NCBI GenBank assembly: GCA_951406725.2
Contig: OX597833.1
Location: 16,058,001-16,122,000 of the forward strand
DNA from: Octopus vulgaris
Lineage: Eukaryota
DNA length: 64,000 nucleotides
Direction: 5' to 3'
Part shown: positions 1 to 13,814 of the stretch, piece after piece
How the letters are laid out: the number at the start of each line of letters is the position of its first letter
Position numbering within the stretch: the first letter of the stretch is position 1
Made by a program: the position numbers and the translations under genes
Notes under the pieces: model-generated
Databases searched by the model: none
Seen by the model: only the letters and a program-made list of their open reading frames with translations
What the model was told of the DNA's origin: nothing

Positions 1-75
1 GTGTCTTCTGCTATAGCCTCGGGACGGCCAAAGCCTTGTGAGTGGATTTGGTAGACAGAAACTGAAAGCGGCCCG

Positions 76-151
<76 letters not shown>

Positions 152-296
152 TTGTGTATGTTTGTGTGTTTGCGTCCCCGTAATTTAGCGGTACTAGACT
201 TACAAAGGAATAAGTCTTGTGATCGACTTGTTCGACTAAATACGGTGCTCCACCATGGCCGCAGTCAAATGATTGAAACAAATAAAAGAATAAAAG
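1..296 (+). mobile_element. SINE family A (tRNA-derived, CORE-like), 5'-truncated by window edge
   Basis: Matches full copies at 4990 and 43196: ccaaagccttgtgagtggatttggtagac, central (TG)n, tail ending gaaacaaataaaagaataaaag. Confidence 0.85.
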
Positions 297-309
297 CATA
301 TATATATGT

Positions 310-540
310 TTTTTTATTACCCACAAGGGGCTAAACATAGAGGGGGACAAAGAAGGTCAGACAAACGAATTAAGTCGATTACATCGACCCCAGTGCGTAA
401 CTGGTACTTAATTTATCGACCCCGAAAGGATGAAAGGCAAAGTCGACCTCGGCGGAATTTAAACTCAGAACGTAACAGCAGACGAAATACCGCTAAGCAT
501 TTCGCCCGGCCTGCTAACGGTTCTGCCAGCTCGCCGCCTT
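310..540 (-). mobile_element. SINE family B (tRNA-like head, central gcctttcatcctttcggggtcgataaa domain resembling Meta-SINEs)
   Basis: Reverse complement of aaggcggcgagctggcagaa...gccccttgtgggtaataaa; about 20 related segments in the window. Confidence 0.85.
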
Positions 541-550
541 TATATATATA

Positions 551-916
551 CTAGCAGTATCGCCCGGCGTTGCTCGGGTTTGTAAGGGAAATAACTATAA
601 AGCATTTTTAGAGTTATAACCAAAAAATGGAGAAAAAAATGATGGTAAATTTTTTTTAGTTAAAAAGGTCGAGTTGCGTCCCCTAGACAGTCTGTGGTTT
701 GTGTTTCTGATTCTCGACCCCATGTCGAATTTATCGATTTTTTCAGAACTGGGGGAACTTTTCAAAATTTTCGCTGCGTTAGTTTTGAATTATGACATTG
801 GGCTATGTGTGTGTCAAGTTTCATCAGAATCGGTTGAAAGCCGTGGTCAGGGTGAGGGTACAACCTAACAGACACACAGAAACACACACAGACAAACTGC
901 CGTTTATATATAGAGA
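551..916 (-). mobile_element. Non-autonomous Helitron
   Basis: Minus strand starts TCTCTATATATAAA and ends with a GC hairpin (CCCGAGCAACGCCGGG) about 11 nt before CTAG; lies in a TA tract; related ends at 47281-47645. Confidence 0.7.
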
Positions 917-924
917 GATATATG

Positions 925-1108
925 TACCGGAGTAAACACATAAATGAGAAACAAGGTGGAAAAAAGAGTACTCAAATACCAGTGGTGGAGTAATGTGCTT
1001 TATTTAAAGCAGCAGATTGCTAGATTCTAGCAAAAACTGTCCGACGAACGGGAACGTGAAACTCAGAGTAACAGGTTTTGTTGAATTTTCTGCTGCTTTA
1101 AATAAAGT
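925..1108 (+). mobile_element. Small PLE-derived element with inverted repeat enclosing an HHR
   Basis: 19-bp inverted repeat 998-1016/1089-1107; TA tracts on both sides. Confidence 0.6.
1037..1074 (+). ncRNA. Minimal type I hammerhead ribozyme motif (U4C core variant)
   Basis: CUGU-CCGACGA-ACG(ggaa)CGU-GAAAC-UCAGA-GUA^-ACAG; stems I, II and III all pair. Confidence 0.65.
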
Positions 1109-1320
1109 ATATATATATGTATACTCTTTTACTCTTTTTAATCGAGCAACTCGACCCCGGGACTTATTCTTTGTAAGCCCAGTACTTATTCTATGGGTCT
1201 CTTTTGCCGAACCGCTAAATGACGGGGTCATAAACACACCAGCATCGGTTGTCAAGCAATGCTAGGGGGACAAACACAAACATACACGCACACACACATA
1301 TACATATATATATATATATA

Positions 1321-1591
1321 ATATTAATTCGAGACAAAACCACTATTTTGCAAAACAAACAAGGAAAGACTTAATCAATACATAAAAATTTTTAATATAA
1401 AGAAATAACCGCCACTACAATCGTTTCATGTCTTCAATGACATTCGTCAGGTGGATTTTCGATCTCCTAATCTTGTTTGTTTTGCAAAATAGTGGTCTTG
1501 TCTCGAATTAATATTATATAATATTTTACTATAAAATTGGATTTAATCCTAAATCTGATTTTTTCCCTGTAAATTTGGATTTATTCCCTAA

Positions 1592-1596
<5 letters not shown>
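1321..1596 (-). mobile_element. Small PLE-derived element with inverted repeat enclosing an HHR
   Basis: About 43-bp inverted repeat 1321-1363/1472-1514; embedded in (TA)n. Confidence 0.6.
1412..1454 (-). ncRNA. Minimal type I hammerhead ribozyme, canonical core
   Basis: Minus strand: CCAC-CUGACGA-AUGUC(auugaa)GACAU-GAAAC(gauu)GUA^-GUGG. Confidence 0.8.
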
Positions 1597-1632
<36 letters not shown>

Positions 1633-2049
1633 GTGTGTGCTGTATGTGCTCACCTACATGTATAAATGCTTAAACGTGAATATTCCGCTATTTCTATATG
1701 AACTCATCCACACTTTCTTACGTAAATCGTTCAATGATTCGTGTTAAGCTTAACGCCCAATTCTAATTCCATATTGAATTGCATCATTATTATCGTAATT
1801 TTTCATTTCAAATTTACTTCTTACAACTTTCCACGTATTCCAATTTACTTAATTTTATTTTACTTCGCTTGACATTACACGAGTTTGTTATTAGGTTATT
1901 CCAGTGTGTTTTTTTGCATTATCATATTTTGTCATATTATGATATCCTTATGAAATTTGTTATTACTTCTTTATGTCTTTACATTCAAGCATATTTATAT
2001 CACTACATTGCATCATTATAACTTAGTATTATATTATTGCAGCATTATA

Positions 2050-2512
<463 letters not shown>

Positions 2513-2514
<2 letters not shown>

Positions 2515-2738
2515 GAGCTGGGAGAAACGTTAGCACGCTGGGCGAAATGCGTAGCCGTATATCGTCTGCCGTTACGTTCTGAGTTCAAATTCCACCGAGG
2601 TCGACTTTGCCTTTCATCCTTTCGGAGTCGACAAATTAAGTACCAGTTACGCACTAGGGTCGATATAATCGACTTAATCCCTTTGTCTGTCCTTGATTGT
2701 CCTTTCTATGTTTAGCCCCTTGTGGGTAATAACGAAAT
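2513..2738 (+). mobile_element. SINE family B
   Basis: Full head-to-tail match to other family B copies. Confidence 0.85.
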
Positions 2739-2775
2739 ATATTATTACTATTATTATTATTATTATCATTATTAC

Positions 2776-2830
<55 letters not shown>

Positions 2831-3381
2831 GAGTGAGAGAGCAGTGCATGCCGTCAAAGTAACACTGGGGTAAAATATACGAAGCCCAGTATACCCATCA
2901 TGACTACCCGTCTGATAAGGGTACACTAGGCACATGCATCACAACCATATGTGCACGACATGGTGATCTCATATCAAGATAAACAGCGCGTGACCTTGCA
3001 GGTGGGGCCCAGTTAGAATTTTCTTCTGGTCGAGTAAACCATCCTACTCAAAAGGTCCCTGAATAAGAGTTGTTTAAGGCTTTTGAACGAAGCACCCACG
3101 TTTCCAGAGGTGAATTATCCAAACCCTAAAGAATCTCTCTCGACACATGACTATGATGCTCCCCCACTACTTCTGCTCGAGATCAGAGATGCACATATCG
3201 TCAGTCACTAAGGGACATGCTCAACTGGTTAAGGTCAAACAACTGACAAGCAAATCTGTGGTATTGAGCAGAATATTTGCTGTAGCCCATCTTTTATACC
3301 AAGACAAAATGTACATGATAACATTCCAATCAGTTAAGATCAGGAGCCACGAGAGCCACTGCCTGGTACTACATCAGGGCA
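2831..3381. mobile_element. Interspersed repeat family D inserted in (ATT)n; possible non-autonomous R4/Dong-type element
   Basis: Second copy in opposite orientation at 58922-59392, also flanked by (TAA)n. Confidence 0.6.
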
Positions 3382-3415
3382 TTTATTATTATCATTATTA
3401 TTATTATTATTATTA

Positions 3416-3446
<31 letters not shown>

Positions 3447-3601
3447 CATTATTATCATTATTATTATTATCATTATTATCATTATCATTATTATTATTAT
3501 CACTATTATTATTATTATTATCATTATTATTATTATTATTATTATTATCATTATTATTGTTATCATTATTATTATTATTATTATCATTATTATTATTATT
3601 A

Positions 3602-3635
<34 letters not shown>

Positions 3636-3900
3636 CATTATTATTATTTAAGCCGGCGAGCTGGCAGAATGGTTAGCACACGGGGCAAAATGCTTAGCGG
3701 TATTTCGTCAGCGTTCATGATGTGAAGTTCAAATTCTGCAGAGTTTGAGTCGACAAATAAGTATCAGTTGAGTTCTGGGGTCGATGCAATCGACTAGCTA
3801 CCTCCCTCACCACTAAATTTCAGGTCCTGTACCTTTAGTAGAAAGGATTAATATCGGTCAACTAATAAAATATCTTACAATCGAATCGCGCACTCTTGAC

Positions 3901-3957
<57 letters not shown>

Positions 3958-3985
3958 TAATAATAATAATAATAACAATAATAAC

Positions 3986-4041
<56 letters not shown>

Positions 4042-4067
4042 TGATGATGATGATAATGATAATAATA

Positions 4068-4420
4068 AAACAATACCTGTTGTCATAGGTGCCCTGGGAG
4101 TGATAGCAAAAGGGGTTGATTGCTACCTAACTCAGATACCAGGAAACCCCAAAATGGCAGAAATTCAAAAGATAGTGCTCATGGGAACTGCTCATATCCT
4201 ACGCAAAATACTTTCTATGTAATCACAAGTTTTAAAACAAACATAATTTCCGTATGTTTTTTTTAAGGCATTCACTAGTACAACACTAAATACAAAACCA
4301 AATATATGGCACACTAGGCATAACAACAACATGAACTTCCAACCTGTTGTCTCTTGAGGTCTCTGGGTGAGACTTGGAGCCAACTTGTACAGATATAAAG
4401 CAAAAGTCAAACATAGATTA
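4068..4420 (+). pseudogene. 3' fragment of an R4/Dong-clade non-LTR retrotransposon (RLE C-terminus plus 3' UTR) in (TAA)n
   Basis: TIPVVIGALGVI...IQKIVLMGTAHILRKIL is the typical R4/Dong C-terminus; Dong is known to target TAA repeats; a further decayed piece lies at about 4535-4750. Confidence 0.8.
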
Positions 4421-4423
4421 ATG

Positions 4424-4533
<110 letters not shown>

Positions 4534-4989
4534 AAATGAGATATAATAATCAAAGATTGGGCAAAGAACACCTGCTGACATACTAATCAAGGATTGTCGG
4601 GAAAAACACCTGCTTACTGATAAATATTGCAGTACCTTCTGACCAAAATGTCGTCCAAAAAGAAATGGAGAAATTGTCAAAGTTCAAAGACCTCGAAATT
4701 GAAAGGTGAAAAATAATAACAATAATAATTGGAGCATTGGGCATGATAAAATGTACCAGTTAAATACTGGGGTCGATGTAATCGACTAACACCTCACTTC
4801 CTGAATTTTCTGCCTTTGTATATAGCAGAAAAGGATTCTTATAATATATAATGCCTTAATACTGTTCTATTATATTATCATGCAATAATGATATTATCAT
4901 ATATTACTTTGTTATATCATATTAGTTTTCCTATCTGTTTTGGGGCTATGATTCCTCACACGATTTAACCAATCATATCACCTAATTTA

Positions 4990-5398
4990 GGTGCAGGAGT
5001 GGCTGTGTGGTAAGTAGCTTGTTTACCAACCACATGGTTCCGGGTTCAGTCCTACTGCGTGGCACCTTGGGCAAGTGTCTTCTACTATAGCCTCGGGCCG
5101 ACCAAAGCCTTGTCAGTGGATTTGGTAGACGGAAACTGAAAGAAGCCCGTCGTATATATGTATATATATGTATGTGTTTGTGTGTGTCTGTGTTTGTCCC
5201 CCTAGCATTTCTTGACAACCGATGCTGGTGTGTTTATGTCCCCATTACTTAGCGGTTCGGCAAAAGAGACCGATAGAATAAGTACTGGGCTTACAAAAGA
5301 ATAAGTCCCGGGGTCGAGTTGCTCGATTAAAGGCGGTGCTCCAGCATGGCCGCAGTCAAATGACTGAAACAAGTAAAAGAGTAAAAGAGTAAAGAGAG
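4990..5398 (+). mobile_element. SINE family A, full length
   Basis: A/B boxes (tggctgtgtgg, ggttcagtcc), CORE-like accttgggcaagtg, (gtaaaaga)n tail; taattta on both sides may be a TSD. Confidence 0.9.
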
Positions 5399-5842
5399 TA
5401 ATTTATTTTATTATCATACATGTTCATACATCTTAACGAAACATAGTGCACAGTACCATCACGGTTTGATCCGATCACATATTTCAACTACTGTGGCGTG
5501 ATTAACGCATTGTAGTTAATCACGTTACATAATTTGATCCCTGCTTTATGATCATACGTCACGATACGCCGCAACCAAATGTAAGTCTCTCTGCTCTTTA
5601 ATGGCGTTGACTCACCAATCAAATTATATCAACCAACAGTATTACACACATTCTTTATCTCCCTTTTATAGCTATCACTGACTTTATGCCTCAACATTAA
5701 ACCCGTGTGTTTAATGACACTCACATAAAAATACCGCCCCTAAAATATTTACATTGGTCTTTAGAGTTTTCTCTTTTCCACAGCTTTACTTAGATTTTTC
5801 TATTTTCTACTTCATTTTGTTTATCAGGATTCCAAATGGAAT

Positions 5843-6396
5843 ATTCTTTTCTACTCTAGGTACAAGGCCTGAAAATTTGGGGGAAGGGGCCAGTCGATTA
5901 GATTGACCCCCAGTACGTAACTGGTACTTAATTTATCGACCCCGAAAGGATGAAAGGCAAAGTCGACCTCGGCGAAATTTGAACTCAAAACATAAAGACA
6001 GACGAAATACCTTTTATTTCTTTACTACCCACAAGGGGCTAAACACAGGGAGGACAAACAAGGACAGACAAACGGATGGATTAAGTCGATTACATCGACC
6101 CTAGTGCGTAACTGGTACTTAATTTATTGACCCCGAAAGAATGAAAGACGAGTCGACCTCGGCGGAATTTGAACTCAGAACGTAAAGACAGACGAAATAC
6201 CTATTTCTATTTCTTTACTATCCACAAGAGGCTAAACACAGAAAGGACAAACAAGGTCAGACAAACGGATTAAGTCGATTATATCGACCCCAGTGCGTAA
6301 CTAGTACTTATTTGATCGACCCCGAAAGGATGAAAGGCAAAGTCGACCTCGGCGGAATTTGAACTCAGAACGTAACGGGAGACAAAATACGGCTAC
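5843..6396 (-). mobile_element. Tandem trimer of SINE family B units
   Basis: Three units of about 180 bp joined at gacgaaatacc/tatttcttt. Confidence 0.85.
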
Positions 6397-6704
6397 CTCG
6401 GAGCAAAGTCTGGCTAAACCCAGTTAAGTTCACTTTCTAATTAAATGTGCCATTACCGAAATGTGTAAAATATATTTACTTCTCGAAGTTTTCTAAACAT
6501 TTCAATTAGGGCTTTTAAATTTAGCACTGTAAACTTTATTGCATTGGCTGTGTGGTAATTAGCTTTCTTACCAACCACATGGTTCCGGGTTCAGTGCCAC
6601 TGCGTGGTACCTTGGGCAAGTTTCTTCTTCTATAGCCTCGGTCCGACCAAAGCCTTGTGAGTGGACTTGGTAGACGGAAACTGAAAGAAGCCCATGATCA
6701 CGGT

Positions 6705-6747
<43 letters not shown>

Positions 6748-6749
6748 CA

Positions 6750-7022
6750 TCGTGATCACCGTGTCCGACCCCAGGCTATCAGATGTTGCTACACATCACT
6801 GGTCACAATGCGCTTAGCATTGATTTAGCCTTCAAATGACGCCACCCCGCTGGCTAAGCGCGCAGGCCAACAGAAGAAAGAGTGAGAGAAAGTTGAGGCG
6901 AAAGAGTACACCAGGGATCGCCACCACCCCCTGCCGGAGCATCGTGAAGCTTTAGGTGTTTTTGCTCAATAAACACTCACAACGCCTGGTCTGGGAATCG
7001 AAACCGCGGTCCTATTCCGCCT

Positions 7023-7024
<2 letters not shown>
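6750..7024 (-). mobile_element. SINE family C nested inside a SINE A copy (6545-7372)
   Basis: Reverse complement of the 18454-18762 copy; SINE A head precedes it and SINE A tail follows it. Confidence 0.8.
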
Positions 7025-7118
<94 letters not shown>

Positions 7119-7121
7119 ATA

Positions 7122-7162
<41 letters not shown>

Positions 7163-8040
7163 TTGTGTGTCTGTATGTCCTCCCAACATCGCTTGACAAC
7201 CGATGCCGATGTGTTTACGTCCCCGTAATTTAGCGGTTCGGCAAAATGGACCGATAGAATTAGCACTAGGCTTACAACGAATAAGCACTGGGGTCGATTT
7301 GCCCGACTAAAGTCGGTGCTCCAGCATGGCCACAGTCACATGACTCAAACAAGTAATGGAGTAAAGGAGTAAATGAGCCCATTTTCCACAGTGCACAAGT
7401 CACATTCGCAACTACCATAGTCATGTAATATTACTAGTTACAAACTAATTTCCATTCAAATACTAGATATCAGTCGAGTGTCTTCTTCCATATTCTTTAT
7501 CATTCTTCCCGATATCAGAGATATCAGTCGAGTGTCTTCTTCCATATTCTTTATCATTCTTCCCGATATCAGAGATATCATTGTGAAATATCTAGACTAT
7601 CAGTTAAGTCATGATGATATAGACTTTTGAGTGATGCCAAAGAAATCTGAACTTTGATGCCACTCAAAACTTTATTCTCGTATTTCTAGTAGGGCAGACA
7701 AAAATGAAGTAGAATTACAAACATATCTTATATCACCTTTTATCTCCATTTCTCACTCTCTCTCATTCTCCTTCTCCCTCTCTTTCTCTCTCTCTCACTA
7801 TCTGTGCGTGTGCGCGTGTATTTATATATATGTTCATATACTTAGAGAGATTATATATAACATATACGCACACATACACACACTCACACACACATATATA
7901 TATATATATATTCACATACACAAACACACACATTCATGCATATACATGTGTATGTGTGAGTATATATATATATATATATATATACTTTTTACTATTTTCT
8001 ATATATTCAACCACGTGCTTTCACACACCAACTTTCTCAG

Positions 8041-8103
<63 letters not shown>

Positions 8104-8214
8104 CACAGAGACACACACATATGTATTTGTATGTATATGCATGCACTATAATCCAAAATACAGATTCACTTACGAATACACACATGATGTTTCCTCTTCC
8201 CCACTCTTTCTATA

Positions 8215-8261
<47 letters not shown>

Positions 8262-8541
8262 ATCTTTGTCTATCTCTCTTTTCATCTATGTATCTTTCTT
8301 AGGTACGCTCGCACATGCATAACCTGTTTAAGTGTAGGTGTTTTCAAATCACGAAATTCTATATATATAACTTTACTTTATTTGTCAGTATTTTTCCGAA
8401 GAAATATATTATTAAAATGAATATTGAATCAGTATATTTTTTACTAGGTAGCTTTACAATTCACTGATAAATTTTTGAAAACATAAACTGCTACTTTCGT
8501 CTTTTCTTCTTTCTTCCCTAATACACAAACAACACAGATTC

Positions 8542-8596
<55 letters not shown>

Positions 8597-8671
8597 CCAG
8601 TGAGTGGTCAAAAGAAAAACGTATTCCTCAGTCACTCTGTAGCCTCTGGCGATTATAGATAAGAGAATATA

Positions 8672-8850
8672 CACGAGGCGGGTGTTGAAAATTCTTGGCT
8701 TTGAATAAAAAAAATACAAGATCAGTTAATTGTGGTTTTATTCAACATATTCCCGTCGCAGATTCAGTTTTTCTAAGGCCTGTAAAAGAACTGGGAATCT
8801 CACCTTTCGCGATACCCTCAAAGCCAGGGACTTTTCACCACCCCTTCGTG
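8672..8850. mobile_element. Mariner-derived MITE
   Basis: TIRs cacgagg..gtgttgaaaa..ttggcttt / aaagccaggg..ttttcacc..cttcgtg, TA on both sides; relative at about 46349-46505. Confidence 0.7.
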
Positions 8851-9034
8851 TATGTAGTGTATGTACTCGTTCTGAGTTTATTTTTCCCATTTGCATCGCC
8901 AAGCTTACATATAGAAAGGGTGTTCGAACAAAATCTGACAGTTTGCATAAAATGAAAAGAAGATACAATACCCCACCCAAAAATAAATGAATTTTTTAAA
9001 AATCAAAAGATAACTAAATTATGGCTCGTAAATA

Positions 9035-9660
9035 ACATTTTATTTAAAGCAGCCGCCTTAATGTCTACCGCTGCCTGAAGATGGCTCTAGAATCGGGTAC
9101 ATGCGTTTCTCACTGTGTTCCTGGGAACATCTTCGAATACCTCTTTGATCTTGGCCACCAATTCGGCCTTAGTATCGCAGGGAGACTGGTTGGTGTCCTT
9201 CTCAACGAAGTCCCACAGATATTTATCCATAAGATTACAATCGTACACCTTAAGTGTCTACCGCTGCCTGAAGATGGCTCTGGAATCAGGTGCATGCGTT
9301 TCTCACTGTGTTCCTGGGAAGATCTTCGATTTTGGGCACCAATTCGGCCTTAGTATCGCAGGGAGACCGGTTGGTGTCCTCAACGACGTCCCACACATAG
9401 TAATCTATAGAATTATAATCGCAGAAATTAGGAGGCAAGAAATCGGGGCTGGTGAAGCGATAGAACTTCTCCGCCAAACACATTTGACTCCTTCCGGAGA
9501 TATAGCAAGGAACCAAATCCTGCAGCCAGACATGTCTTTCTATGAGTAACCCTCTCCGGGCAGGATTGATCACACATTCCAACAGCTTTACATAGCCGTC
9601 TGAGAGATGAGCTTGTTCAAAGATGTGGGATGATATTCTGACCTTTGGACAGAATCGGAA
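9035..9660 (-). pseudogene. Tc1/mariner-superfamily transposase C-terminal remnant with an internal tandem duplication of about 190 bp
   Basis: FLPPNFCDYNSIDYYVWD resembles WPPNSPDLNPLDY.VW; 9060-9250 is repeated at 9255-9420. Confidence 0.75.
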
Positions 9661-9992
9661 CACCCACTGTGTCCCTTCCCCTTCATCTCGGCTTCGTAGT
9701 CTCAGTTGCAGCTGCTACGTCACGTCTTATAGCCTTTACATTTTCCGTAGCTCATTGAGCAACAGTCATGATGTCAGTATTTTGATATCCGGTGCGAATC
9801 ATTATTATACAGGTAAATATTTACCTATATTCAGATGGATTCTAGTCCCCTACATCAGGTAACTTTTACCCAACTTCAGATTTAATCTTTATGCTCTCCA
9901 GTGCCAATGACTTTTGAGCAATACATCAAGCGGTTCCTGAAAATACGGTGACAGAGAAAATTATCAAATTTACTCCGAACACTGCATAAGTT

Positions 9993-10322
9993 ACGGAGAT
10001 GTACTTGCATAGCAAGTGACCTGATCTGAGATCGTGTGCTGAAACAAAAACAATTGCAGCGTGAAAATTGTTTATAAGCTATTTAAAAACACACAAAAAC
10101 CGTTAGATTCACTTCAACATTTAAATTGAATTTGTCGAAATATTTTCGTCGCTTTGAGACCGCAACCTGTTCACTGCTATAAATTCGTGCAGCGCGGAAT
10201 TTTGTCAGTGAACAGATCGCGGTCTCAAAGCGACGAAAATATTTTGGCAAATTAAATTTAAATGTTGAAGTGAATCTAACGGTTTTTGTGTGTTTTCAAA
10301 AGGCTTATAAACACCTTCAACG
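9993..10322. mobile_element. Fold-back element carrying two inverted HHR-like motifs, 11-bp TSD
   Basis: Inverted arms of about 130 bp (10055-10185/10195-10327); ctgcataagtt at 9982-9992 and 10323-10333. Confidence 0.75.
10201..10251 (+). ncRNA. Hammerhead ribozyme motif with G3:C8 swapped core
   Basis: UUUGUCA-GUGAACA-gaUCGC(ggucucaaa)GCGAc-GAAA-AUAU-UU^-UGGCAAA; 7-bp stem I, palindromic stem III. Confidence 0.6.
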
Positions 10323-10472
10323 CTGCATAAGTTGCACGTTGAATACTCCAAACTAAATAATAATCATAAACTATAGATGATTCTAGAAGTATAAGCGTAC
10401 TGAAAAGCATCAAATCCTCAGAATTATATAGTAAAAAGCAATCGTTATAAATGTTTATAAATTATATATGCA

Positions 10473-10822
10473 TCACTGCGTGGCACCTTGGGCAAGTGTC
10501 TTCTACTACAGCCTCGGGCCGACCAAAGCCTTGTGAGTGGATTTGGTAGACGGAAACCGAAAGAAGCCCGTCGTATATATGCATATATATGCGTGTGTGT
10601 GTTTGTGTGCCTGTGTTTGTTCCCCTAGCATTGCTTGACAACCGATGCTGGTGTGTTTATGTCCCCGTCACCTAGCGGTTCGGCAAAAGAGACCGATAGG
10701 ATAAGTACTGGGCTTATGAAAGAATAAGTCCCGGGGTCGAGTTGCTCGATTAAAGGCGGTGCTCCAGCATGGCCGCAGTCAAATGACTGAAACAAGTAAA
10801 AGAATAAAAGAGTAAAAGAGTA
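10473..10822 (+). mobile_element. SINE family A, 5'-truncated
   Basis: Match to family A copies. Confidence 0.85.
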
Positions 10823-11141
10823 AATACAAAGCCTTACTAATCCAGCTAGTTAGTCAAACGTTCATATTCCGTTTCAAACTGAACATGAATTATTACAAAT
10901 CATAAATGAAAAAAACAGTAAAAGACAACAAAAGTCTACTCTACTTACAGAATGAACATATTAGATTATGATTCTGTGAGAGCTTTAGATAGAAATATTG
11001 AAGTGGCAATGATAATTCGAGCACGGCTCTTCGTCTGAAAGAAGAAAAGAGTCCAAAAAGAAGGAGGATGGTCTCGAGAAAAGCACGTGCATATATTCAT
11101 TATGTATGATGTCTAATTACTTTTGTTGTGTTTTATGTTGC

Positions 11142-11525
11142 TCTTTACTTGTTTCAGTCATTTGACTGTGGCCATGCTGGAGCACCACCTTTAGTCGACC
11201 CCAGGACTTATTCTTTGTAAGTCTAGTACTTACTCTGTCGGTCTATTTTGCCGAACCGCTAAGTTATGGGGACGTAATCACACCAGCATCAGTTGTCAAG
11301 CGATGTTGGGGGGGGGAGCAAGCACAGTCATACAAACATATAGACACACATACATATATATACGACGGGCTTCTTTCAGTTTCCGTCACCAAATCCACTC
11401 ACAAGGCTTTGGTCGACCCGAGGCTATAGTAGAAGACACTTGCCCAAAGTGCCACGCAGTGGGACTGAAACCGGAACCATGTGGTTCGTAAGCAAGCTAC
11501 TTACCACACGGCCAGTCCTACGCCT
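11142..11525 (-). mobile_element. SINE family A
   Basis: Reverse-complement match to family A. Confidence 0.85.
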
Positions 11526-12171
11526 ATTTTAGATTTTTTATCTTTGATTTGCGTATTATCGTACGCTCACACGGATTATCTATGTCCTTCCGACGATGAT
11601 TTGGGGTACATAATTCATGGAAACACCTTAACATTTGGATTACGTTACACCTTTGAATTAGCTGAGGGACGAATGGAATCTGTACTCATGATTCTTTTAA
11701 CCTTGGATGAAATCTTCTGAGCACAACGTTGCTGAAAACAGCTCCGTTCACTTTCTTGTGAAGTATTCAAAAATATCCCGGAGAAAATTCAGTTATTTAA
11801 TTCACAACCTAAAAGGAAATAAACTAATGAATTAATTAAAAGTTTATATCTTCTGGCGACATTGAATTTAATATATTTAAAGCAAATAATTAGAAATAAT
11901 CGTAGAAAAATCTAACATTTAAAAGAAACACGTCTCTATATTTTGATGGTTGTATAAACAAATAAAATTATGTAGTTATTGATTGATGATAAGATACGAG
12001 CCAGTTAGAAAGTTATATGTTTGGAATAAATGACGCATAAGAAATGACGTGTACGAAATGACATACAGGAAATTGCATAAATGACGCATAAGACGTTATC
12101 TGCATAATCAAAATCTCTTCATACATTCAAAGCGGCAGCCATATTATCCCTCTCGTGACAAACATTATTTT

Positions 12172-13380
<1,209 letters not shown>

Positions 13381-13451
13381 AAAAAGTTGCTTTTGAAATA
13401 GGCATAATGTAACGTACATTGTCTACATGTATGTATCCAAAAACTTACGTG

Positions 13452-13751
13452 CTGTTTGTCCCTTCTCGAGCCATGCCTGGCTCATCAGGGCCGGTTTCCC
13501 GGTTTCCTTGGTGTATGGATTCCCCACCTGGACGGGACGCCGGTCCGCTGCAGGTGAGCTGCAAGATGAAGGAGGAAAGAGAGAAAGTTGTGGCGAAAGA
13601 GTCAGCAGAAGTTCGCCATTACCTTCTGCCGGTGCCGCGTGGAGCTTATGTGTTTTGCTCATAAACACACGCATCGCCCGGTCTGAGAATCGAACCCGCG
13701 ATCCATCGATCGCGAGTCCGCTGCTCTAAAACCACTAGGCCATATGCCTCC
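13452..13751 (-). mobile_element. SINE family C variant with a different tail
   Basis: Head ggaggcatatggcctagtgg...ggttcgattc; the tail is also seen at 14960-15150. Confidence 0.75.
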
Positions 13752-13814
13752 ACAAAAACGTATGTAAGATTACAATATTTAATATACGCAGTGAGTGCAA
13801 TATATGATATATAT

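Noticed and set aside
8738-8980. Minus-strand ORF with apparent splice sites
   Set aside because: Overlaps a mariner MITE and a probable transposon end
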